In this document: positions 28,469 to 39,189 of the stretch, one piece after another
How the letters are laid out: each line of letters opens with the position of its first letter
Numbering within the stretch: the stretch's first letter is position 1
Assembly: GCF_037042905.1 (NCBI RefSeq)
Contig: NC_087250.1
Location: forward strand, 23,872,001 to 23,936,000
Reading direction: 5' to 3'
DNA from: Lytechinus pictus
Taxonomy: Eukaryota
Length of the DNA: 64,000 nucleotides
Program-made: the position numbers and the translations under genes
The notes under the pieces: generated by a model
What the model was told of the DNA's origin: nothing
The model's input: the letters and a program-made list of their open reading frames with translations, nothing else
Database searches by the model: none

Positions 28469-29834
28469 TTAATCCTCTGATAAAATTTTGTATTTCATTT
28501 TTTTTTTTGCTTTGTCTTGCATTTTTAAACATGTTCTGGGAACTGCTTTTTGAAAGTTGTCAGCATTAACAAGTTGTCTTTTTCCGACAGTTACCATAGT
28601 AACAGTCAGAGGCCAGTGCTTCTCAGCCAATCAAAAGCAATGATTTCACTGAAATAGTCGGCACTGACAATCATGAAATACCCATCAGATGTTAGCAGAT
28701 AATGTGCAACATAGACTCCTAGATACATATCTATATGCAAACATACATAGTCTAAGTCTTTATTATTAAAATAAATGTATAGGTATAAGGTCGAGGCAAT
28801 TTCATCTCTGCGATGTCAATTTCAGAAGTATTCCCAAGACCATGTGAACTTACTATACATGTTGTAATAAAAATGATGATGTGCTGTCTATCATTTATAA
28901 TTGAATCATTGAAATATGGAACTTAGAGAAGTTTCACTATCCCATGTATTTTCTTTATGTGCAGATATAATTTTACACCACTGAAATTTTGTATTACGGT
29001 ATTCACTGTACTTATTATTTTTCATTCCATTGGTTTTTTTCTTCTAATCTTCAGATACATCGCATCTACCAGCAAAGATCAAGTGCCACTACAGGAAAGG
29101 AAGGTACCTGTTTCACGTTTCCTCTTCAGAGCCAGTGAGGGCCCCAAGATCTCAATAAATAATAATTAAAAAAAGACTCCTTTATAATTCCTTTAAAAAT
29201 AGTACATATTATTTATTGAAGGTAAATGCTTAGATGCATTATATTCAAATTTTGTCTCCAAGCTAGCATGTAAAAATTGGATTGACTACATATTTACTGT
29301 GTAAGTTAATGATCTTTGTTGACACATAATACAAGAATTATACACAGCATGTTACAGTTTGTAACATAATTTTCTTTCATTAAATTCCTAGTTTAAATAC
29401 CATATAGATGTTTTTTGTGACTTTTGTCATTCTCTGATGTTTTTTGGTACAGATTTCAAGAGACTGAGGGATTGATTTACCAGAGCAAGTTTACAGTCCA
29501 ATCCTGTTATATTGTGCATGTGGAAATTAACAAGGTTTCAATACAATGCTACAAATTTACCTTGATTCATTTCATCAGTCCTATGTGCAAGGATAATTAT
29601 TTCACTTGTCCTTGCACATTGTTATAACAGGAGTGGACATTCAATGTAAAGATAATTGAAGATAATTTATAATTGAAATAACCGCCTGAGAGGGGGGGGG
29701 GGTGTTGGTACCAATATTCTAATGTGTGTGTGTGCAAGGAAAACGAAGGAGTGATTATACGAGAAGAGTAAAAGATTGGGAATGTACATATCCACATGAT
29801 TCATTTTTGTTTATGCTATACATTGCAGGGTGTT

Positions 29835-30450
29835 TCTAACTGGTACCACTTGACAATTTATGTTTCCAACTGGTCCTAACTGGTGCTTCCAACTTGTTCT
29901 AACTGGCACCAGTTGACAACTGGTGTTTCCAACTGGTTTTAACTGGCACCAGTTGACAACTCATGTTTCCAACTGGTCCTAACTGGCACCAGTTGACAAT
30001 TGGTGTTTCCAACTGGTTTTAACTGGCACCAGTTGACACCTCATGTTTCAAAATGGTCCTAACTGGCACCAGTTGACAATTTGTGTTTCCAACTGGTTTT
30101 AACTGGCACCAGTTGACAACTCATGTTTCCAACTGGTCCTAACTGGCACCAGTTTACAATTGGTGTTTCCAACTGGTTTTAACTGGCACCAGTTGACAAC
30201 TCATGTTTCCAACTGGTCCTAACTGGTACCAGTTAGGACCAGTTGTCAACTGGTACCAGTTGCTAACTGGTACCAGTTAGGACCAGTTGCCAACTGGTAT
30301 TTCCAACTGGTACCAGTTACAATTTGTCAACTGGATTCCAGTTGATTCCAGTTGATTCCAGTATTCCAATTTCCATATTGAATCCAGTTCGCTAACTGGA
30401 ATCAACTGGTACCAGTACCAGTTGGATGAACTGGTCCTTAACTGGTTTTT
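29835..30450. repeat. Right subterminal array of D (30-bp units / 60-bp dimers)
   Basis: AACTGGCACCAGTTGACAAC..TGTTTCCAACTGGT(TT/CC)T repeated. Confidence 0.92.
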
Positions 30451-31447
30451 TGACCTGGGTAGGCATACAGGTTTTCTAAAATCAGGAGTTTTAACACTTT
30501 GGCCTTAATAACAAAATAGTCTAAATATATATAGGGATACTTTCCTCTCAAATGGGATATTTCCATCTATATAATAGTAAAATTCAGATTAAGACTAGTA
30601 CAGTAGTAGGCCTAGATCTAACTTTAGTTTAGACCAAAAGCTTCAGTCTCTGTATTTTGGTTGTTCCGCTGAACTGTGTTGGCTCACTCACCAATACATA
30701 AATGGGGATTATAGTAAAATGTCAGGAATTGTTGAATAAAATCCCAGAAACGACGGTTATTCCTGTCTAATATAACTTAGACTAAGTTGAAAAGTTCCTT
30801 CACCCGTTGAGTTGGTGGCGCCATCCCTGCAACTAACCGCCTACGGTCTATAGATTGGGCTAAGGTTTCCGCCGCCGAAAGCTCCGGCGGCGCAGCTCCT
30901 TATCTTTGGCTAGGGTCTTAAGAAGGGTAGTCCCATATGCTAGATTTTATGAACTGTTTTTGGTAGAAAATAAATGGATTTCCCCCAAAATAACATGAAA
31001 CAACTTGTTAAAAGATCATTCAACCTTGACAGTCATTGTAAAACACTATTTTCAACACGTTGAGGTAATTTGTGCAAAACATGATTTCACAAAACTTGAA
31101 AAAATTCAATTTTTCTCTCTTACCAAACACTTTTTTCGACATTATTTTGGAAGCCGATTTATGCAAAATAACACCAGATGTATCTACAAAAGGGTAACTT
31201 TATATGTTAAAATACTCACATTGGCATCTAGAAAATATATCCATGAGTTGAAAGTGTCGAGGTATTTAATCACTAAATGTGAGAAAACGTGTAGTTTATT
31301 GAAATTTCCGGAGGCATGCACCAAGCAGAAGATCACAAGCGCAGAAAATATGCCAGAGGGAACTAATTGGGGCTCCATGAAATGTCGGACCAATCAGAGC
31401 ACACTTCCGGTTTCGCCACTCTGTCTATTGATAACTCTGACAAGCGT

Positions 31448-34400
31448 CAAGGCCCTATATAAACAAGGTTGCGACAACAGGGGTCAAAGGTCAAATTTGA
31501 AGGATCTCGAATAGTTCCAACCGGGCCTTTTTGTCGACTGCTACCATTGGAAATGCGTGTAAAATTTTGAATCATTTTTTATAATTATATCGGAAATCGA
31601 CGTTAGAAATTTATTTTCACACTGCACATCCATATCAATATATTAGCGGCCACCTAAATTTATCAAATTTGTACAATCTTATAACAAAAATCGTGAAATA
31701 TCGTTGATTTGAAAAATGGCAACCGAGTTCGTCGCAAGCCGCAAATGCTCACTGCTGCTGGTAGCGAGCGGGACGCTGCACTAATTTTCCCCGGAACTGT
31801 CGGGCTGGATGTAAGGTTCTGCTGGCGCGGCCCCCACGGGTCGTTTGGAGAGCGAGAGGTGAGTATGTACCGGAATGTCATATGGTGCCATAAATACTAG
31901 TTTCATGTCCTAAATTCTTATTGTAGATTTTTTGCCGTAGTAAATTTAGCTGAATTTGATTTTTTTTACCAGAGCACTCAAAAACATGAATGATTTGAGC
32001 ATATCTTTGTGCCTGTCTTTAGTTTGAGTTTGACTGAGTGGGCCCTTAATCATTAATTAATTATTTATTTATTTTTGATTTCTGATATTTAAATAGGCCA
32101 CAGGGCCAGGGCGGCACATATCATCAACTTGGTGGTTTTCCATGTGGCCCTATTAACAAAAAAGTACAGCAAAAAATGTTACTAGATCTATTAATACCAA
32201 ATAGATCTAACGTTAGATCTACGTTAGATCTACATGCAGCTGCAGTGAGTTAAAATAAACATGACAAAATGTAGGCAAAAAATGTATGCGAACATGTTAT
32301 AGGAAAGATGATTGGTATCCTTAATTGGGAATTATGTTCATTTAATATTAAAATCAACTATGACCATTTGAATCAAACCTGTGAATTTAGATATTGAAGA
32401 TGAAACATATATTGCCTATTAATTGATGGAAAGAGAGATAAGTGCTGTGCAGAATGCAGATATTCAATTCTACTAACCTTATTTTTATTAAGAACAAAAT
32501 TAATTTCAAGAATTCAATTTATTTTGGGGGCTTGGGGCCAATGCATAAAGTGAATTTACAACCAGGACTGTACCAAATAGTGAAGTGCTTTATCCAGTTT
32601 AGATCAAAAGAACATAAAAAAAAAAAAGTAAATAAATATTTATTCATTTCAATCACCACACAGCACAAGGTTTACTAAATGAGGATAACGTTAGGTTACT
32701 TATATCATAAAATTTTACATTGGATAAGTGGTCTTGTCAGTTGTCACCAGTTTCCCCTTATATTCCTATCGCTACAGAATTTTTCATAGCGTTCTTAATA
32801 TTTCTACCCTTTATGCCCTGTAAAAACATACCATGGTGTTCTTTGGATTTTATACCATTTCAATGCCTTACATACATGTACCTCGTTGCTCTCGAGATCA
32901 ACATGCTTTATTTTATTTTCATATATGATACAGGCCAGGGTTATCCTTATAGTTGCCACCGTGATGTAAAACTATTCCGAAGGAAAGTGAAATACCCAAG
33001 TAGGCCTAGTACAGTACTAGACCAAAAGCTTTAGTATCTGTATTTGGTTGTTTTGCTGAACTGTGTTGGCTTCTCTCACTTAGTGAAATGTCAGAAATTG
33101 TTAAAGAAATCCCTAGAAATGGTTATTCCTGTCTAGCCTAGTACCAATTTGGCTATAAACTCTTTGTTGTGTACTGGGTGAGTTCAATTCTCACGAGGCA
33201 TATTCGAACATCATTGACCACCAAGTCTATAACCCTAAATGCTTTCATGGTGTCAGTACATGGACAAATGAGTTTAGTAATCCAGTTGGTTTGCATGTAG
33301 CTTCCTTTTTTTTAAAATATTACTTTCATTTCTGCACTGCCAATACTTTGCACATTTTCTAGACCAAAAATCTTCAATCTCTGTACCATCTCAGATGTTG
33401 TTCTGGAAGTTTCCATGGCAAAAAAGAATAGTGTAGCAAAAAACATCTGAGATAGTGTAGTAGGTTTCATGGTCATCATGTATCTTTCTTGGGCAAATGT
33501 TGGTCCTGAAAAGGACCACCCAATCTTGACGTTGCGACAAGTGTGTTCTTGTCGTCCTACTCATGCCTTGTTACTGAAAGCCCTCTCGCTCAGACAGCAA
33601 GTATTGTATGTGCTAGTCCTTACGTGGAGCCACACTTAGAACAAGTTTCATTCGGTCTGTGCCTGCAGACTAAACTAATGTGGCCATGGCACCTCCTCAC
33701 CCATCCAATGCCATATAAAGTTCATATTGGCATTAAAATGTATTTGCTTAATAAAACAACCTCTTTACAACTATCTAAATTAACGCATGATCCAACTATA
33801 TTATCATTACATGTACACTAAATATGAAATAAAAGAAACAATAGGTAGAGAGTGATAGATTGACCCTCATTTTATGCTGTTGCCGCCAATGAAAGTTCTT
33901 AATTTACATTTGGAACTTCATGAGAGTCGAACTCATCCAACATTGCACAAAATGCGGTCAGAAGACAGGCGGAATGATACATGATGAAAGATTTAAAGGA
34001 GAACATTTCAAGGAAATAAGAAAGATTGACTGCACAATGTAGCCCTACATGTATGTAATATAATCACATCTTATTACAATCATGATGAAAATCAAACAAT
34101 CATACTTACACAGCTTACTGGCTTATCCAGTAGTTCCTCTCATCCAAAACAGATCAATCGGCAGCAATTACATGTAGGGCCTATTTTATTTTCCACAATC
34201 AAATTGAAAAAAAAATCTACATTTAGATCTAACTTAGATAAGTTTGGTGCATCAATGATTATCTTGTCAACTAAGCACGTATTATCATTGGCTTTTGTAA
34301 TTACTTAGTTATCACACCATACATATCAACAGAGTAGAGGTCTACATGTGCATGTATGCTTAATTAGGCCTTTAAAGTTTCTTTGAAAAACTACAAAGAA

Positions 34401-36314
34401 TTGATTTTAATTCCAAACCATTTCAAATTACTTGGCCTAGTCGAAGAAATTTTTGGTCTAGATACCCAACCTGTCCAGACATGCAACTAGTGGTATGATA
34501 GGGGCACTTGTCCAATACTACAAGGTTGTGATAACATCCATGTGGTCTTAAACCACTTTTAAAAAATGCAGTGCTAAGCTAACACCACTTTTATCACAAG
34601 GTTGTGATAACCTTGTCCACAGTTAGTAACCTGTGTGGTGAACAAGATTGTCAACAAGATTGTCAATTTTCTCTTGATCTAGACTGGATGAATACTTGAT
34701 ATTTTGGAACAGTCAATTTTGACCATACAGTGAATTCATCATCATAAAAAAATGCCTTGGCACAAAACTAAATTGAATTCTTGAAATTTATAATCTTTTT
34801 CTAATTAAAAAGAGATTAAAAAGAGAGTCTGTGGAGATGAAGATCTGCATCAGTCACAGAGGGCCTCACAAAAATATGCTCAAAATTAAAAGTTTTTGAG
34901 CGCTCTTGTGAATAAAAAAAAAAGATTTCTAAGTCTAGAATGAAAACAAATAACTGAATGGATCTGTCTTTTTGAGTGTGCATTGTACATGAATGTTGCG
35001 TAGACAGAAAGAGTGGTTGGAGAGTGCAAGAGGATGGGGTGCTTCCACTCTTCCCGCAATTCAAGAAACTTTTACTTTTTCCAGGAAAGGTTCCAGAAAT
35101 GAAAAAAATTTCCAGGAAATTCAGGGAAATCCAAAAATTACAAGGGGGGCTCCTTGAGAAGCAAAATTTAAAATTGTAATGTAGAAATGCAGAAGTGTGC
35201 CCCCCCCCCTTTGAACGTGAAGTCCCTTTTATTTTTGCATGTCAATTTTTTCCTCAGGAAAATGTGCCTCCCCTTTTGGAAAATCCTGGATCCGCCCATG
35301 ATTACAATTAAATGACAATTTACCGTAGCAACTTTAAAATATTCATGTAATATTTTACAAAGATTTAGATCTAACATTAGATCTTCCTCCGGATCCAGAC
35401 ATAGGCTCCGTCGTCGGAGCTCAAAATTTTCTGCCCTCGTCATTTCGTAATTTTGTTCCTATTTTTCAAGAGGACATGACGAACAAAAATGTTTTATTTC
35501 TTGATTTTGGTCACTTCTTGGACCAAATTTAGGCTCACTGTATTAATTATTATTGCCAGATTTGAAAAATCAAAATGGAAAATTCCAGGAATTGTCTATG
35601 AATTTCAGAAAATTTGGGATTCATTTTCAGGAAATTTGTTTTGGATCTGTGGAACATCGATGAGGGGTTTGGTGTCCGGACACTGAAAAATGAAGCCTTG
35701 TATTTGTAGAAGTTTAGGCTTGCTGTTGTTTATCTCACTGACTTTTTTTCATTTTTTTTTATTTTATCTCACTTCTCAGCAAAATAAAGCAAAAAATATA
35801 GCTTGGATAATGCTTATCACCATCATTATTTGTTCTTTATAATATTTTCTTACATTCTGAGCTAAAAAAAAAATCAAAGACATTGCTTGTATTTTTTGTA
35901 AACTTTTCAAAATTAAAGGAGATGTCGTGAGTCCGGACCCAACCCGTCAGGAAACACAACCACAGCGTATATCGGGCTACTGAGCCAGCCGCACTGCCGG
36001 CTACAGTTGCCAGTCCCATACCGTATCTTTACTGTCATGTTTACGCCTTGGAACTATTAAAAATTAGTAAAAAAGCATGTTAAAATTCAAAATTATTGCA
36101 AACCAATCATATCAAAATGAAGCACATAAAATTCTCTTTAAAAACTATCATTTTGTTTTTCTTAATAACAATTTTTATTACCTGAAATTTGCTGTCGAAA
36201 AATCTCCCCCATTGACTTTGTACACAAACTTCGGTGAGTTTGGAACTATTCAAAAGCTCCATGAGCAAATGACGGCAACTTCCGGTGTCGCAACCTTGTT
36301 TATATAGGGCCTTG
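31448..36314. mobile_element. Element B: P-like non-autonomous TIR transposon (4.9 kb)
   Basis: Perfect 29-bp TIR CAAGGCCCTATATAAACAAGGTTGCGACA (31448-31476; 36286-36314); TSD ACAAGCGT at 31440-31447 and 36315-36322. Confidence 0.9.
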
Positions 36315-38298
36315 ACAAGCGTGTTGCTCTAAGGAAGGTCAACTCCGCTCGAATTTTGTGACCACTTTAAAAAATAAGGTGGGGTTTTGGGAAATTTGTC
36401 GAGTTGATTTTTTTTCATTTGTTAATTTCAAATATTTTTTAATGAACAATTATTAGATCGGTTATTCTGGGTATAAATATTACAAATATTACTTACATTT
36501 TTAAAGAAAAATATTTAGCTTAAATAATCATGATTTTGACATTTTTCCTAATTTTGGAATATTAAGTCTGTGACGAGGATACCTCATATCTCTTATTTTC
36601 TTCTGCTGAATTTCGCTGCACCACTAATAAATGCATAGACAACCACCTTAATAATCGAGGTCATTTTTCTGGCCTGGGTGCGCTGAGTCTGGGCCGGTCG
36701 CGCAGCTAGCTAGTGACGTTGATGATGCGCTGGGGCTTCAGGCGACTCGTCATAGATCTAGCAACTTATCCCAATGACGTCTAATTTGCCTGGCCTGATT
36801 TGAAGTGTAATGGCTTCAGGGCTGATGTTTATCAACGATGATTGTTCAAGGTTAGATTTCAAATGTTAAATGTCATTTGACTTTTAAGTGTATAAATCTG
36901 AAATAAAGGCGCTGTATCCCCGAAATCCGGGTCTAAATTTCAACTCTGAGTCCGAGACCATGGCATGGACGGCGAAAAAACAACCCATGCATCGGATGCA
37001 TTGCATTGGCTGCGCGCTGCGCTGCAGCTGCACTGTGATGATGGGTTCAGCGAAGAGCTCAGAGAAAATAAGGTGGTTATATTCAATCCCGAAATGCTTT
37101 GCGAGTGGTCACAAAATCGTCTCGACGCAAATCACCTAATACAGCCGTCTGGTGAAATCGCTGATAACAACAATCATCGATTTGGTAATGATTTTAGTTT
37201 CCTGAAACTTATATTTGTAAAGTTTTAAATATCAAAGTATGTTTTTATATGTATGTATATTTCTCAACATATTTTTAAAGTTATCTTTGATAATGTTGTA
37301 GTCATATTCTTTCATATACGTTTTTTGATCGCTACTAATTTGTTGTTGTATTGGATCGGCATTTGATTTCGTTGGCATGAACAATAAAATACGCGCGCAG
37401 CTCAGCTGCATGCGCGTATCGAGTTGACCTTCCTTAGAGCAACACGCTTGTGTGTTGCTGCCCTCTACGTTCGTTGATGGACGATAGAGGGCCCATGGCG
37501 CGGCGACGTAATGTTTGTTTGGCATAAAAGAGAAATTGGGCAGTTATAACTTCATTTGTAATAATTCTGAAAATTTGTAATCTCATTGATATTGATATAT
37601 TTCTTTTTTTCCTGTACAATGTACAAAATCTTGATTTATATGCATTTGGATTGTAAACTTATTGATTTGAAAGAGGAAGAAAATGAAATATTATTCAAAA
37701 CAAAAAACTAAAAGGCTGACGAAAAAAAAAATCTTTAAAAAATATATACCGGTATATATTTTCAAAATTTTTCAATTATTTTCACATATTATAGAGGTGT
37801 TGTACTAAGTTGATATTAAAGCCCCAAGACTTCAGGGGGGCTGAAGCCCACCCTGCCCCCCCCCCGCTTCCGTGGCCCCTACTTTGAACCACAAGTTCAG
37901 GGATCCGAATGCAGCACTCTTTGGCAATTATAAGACATTTATCTACATTTTGCCAATCTCAACCCAGGTGTAGTAAATGGGTACCCGGTATATGTTGCAT
38001 TACTCTTGATATCATTATTATCATTATAGTTATTACTATTATATTATTATTATTGTTATTATCATTATTATTCGTATTTTTATTATTATTATCATCATTT
38101 TATTATAATTACCGTTATTATTATTTTTATCATCATCATCATTATTATTAGATAAAAATAAAGAATGATCATGGCTTATATACTTTCATGTGTAGGCCTA
38201 CATTATTAGTAAAAAAAATCACAATGATAATATATTTTAGGGGCAGGTACACATAAATTATACATGGGCCGAACGGAAACGGATGGGGTTGGCGGCCG

Positions 38299-38609
38299 CA
38301 TGGGCAGAAATCCCAGGGGGGACGCGTCCCCTACCCAAAATAGTAGGGGGGACACAATATCAAATGTCCCCCCTACTATTTGTGGTCTTTTATCAAATGG
38401 AAAGAAATACATCATTCAAAATCGAAATAAATCATCTGTGACGAGTTGACCTTACTTTTGTGTGATAAACCTTTTTTTTTTCTTTTTTCTTTTGCTTGTC
38501 GAATTCATTTTTGTCCAAATTACCTTACATTTTGGGTGATAAACTTTTTTTTGGTCAAATTTTCAAGCCCCTGGTCCCCCTACCTTTTGGGGGAAGATTT
38601 CCGCCCTTG
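38299..38609. mobile_element. Short hAT-like MITE
   Basis: CATGGGCAGAAATC ... GATTTCCGCCCTTG imperfect inverted termini with G/C runs. Confidence 0.5.
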
Positions 38610-38841
38610 GGCGGCCGGGCTTCGGTAGTCCATACCATTTGGCCTAATTAGACTAATTAAGTGTTATTGGGTAAAATGAATGAAAATAATTTTAGTAAAA
38701 TTATATTAATTAGACCAAATGGTATAAGACGAAATGTTGATGGACGGAATGACAATAGACTAAATGAAGGAGACCATGTAATGAGTGGATGAGTTGGCAA
38801 TAGACGAATTTGGCAATTTACCCTAAGTATACACGTTATGG

Positions 38842-38877
<36 letters not shown>

Positions 38878-39189
38878 TATATGAACCCTTTTTTACATTT
38901 CAATCAACATTAACTGTTACAAAATAATAAGGCCTATACTACAGATACAAAATTACAAATCATGAAGAAAAAAAAGAAAAAGAAAGAAAAGGAAAATTGT
39001 AAAGGCCTACACCAAGCAACCTGCAGTGAAACATTGAAACATTTATATTTAAAATTTCGGCCATATTTTCCCAATCGACCGCTCGAAGTTGATTTTTTTT
39101 TGTTTTGAAGGGCTAGTCCTAACAGTCACTTTTTAGCTTTATTCTTAAAAATAAACATAAATATATAATAATCTCATAAGCCTTATTTA

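Larger units (their letters stand above)
22337..30459. mobile_element. Element D: EnSpm/CMC-like non-autonomous element with subterminal repeat arrays
   Basis: TA|CCCAGGTAAAAAAACCAGTT ... AACTGGTTTTTTGACCTGGG|TA; CCAGTT/AACTGG arrays at both ends. Confidence 0.85.
17851..31439. mobile_element. Element A: P-like non-autonomous TIR transposon (13.6 kb including nested D)
   Basis: Perfect 27-bp TIR CAGAGTTATCAATAGACAGAGTGGCGA (17851-17877; 31413-31439); TSD ACAAGCGT at 17843-17850 and 31440-31447. Superfamily assignment is inferred. Confidence 0.9.
17818..37476. mobile_element. Element C: ~1.2 kb TIR element (outer shell), left TIR split by elements A and B
   Basis: TSD ATGGACGA at 17810-17817 and 37477-37484; right TIR 37421-37476 is the exact reverse complement of 17818-17850 joined to 36323-36345 (56 bp). 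Confidence 0.92.

Noticed and set aside
29835..30450. CRISPR-like array
   Set aside because: Tandem units without unique spacers, no cas genes, eukaryotic context; it is a transposon subterminal repeat.
31005..31514. 169-aa ORF as candidate transposase
   Set aside because: No recognisable motif, non-ATG start, and it runs across the A/TSD/B junction.
36888..37228. Short ORFs in C body as cargo genes
   Set aside because: No recognisable homology or splice support visible; cannot be supported without a search.
36323..37443. Separate element with TIR GTTGCTCTAAGGAAGGTCAACTC
   Set aside because: Its flanks are inverted rather than direct; better explained as the inner part of C's 56-bp TIR, which has a proper ATGGACGA TSD.
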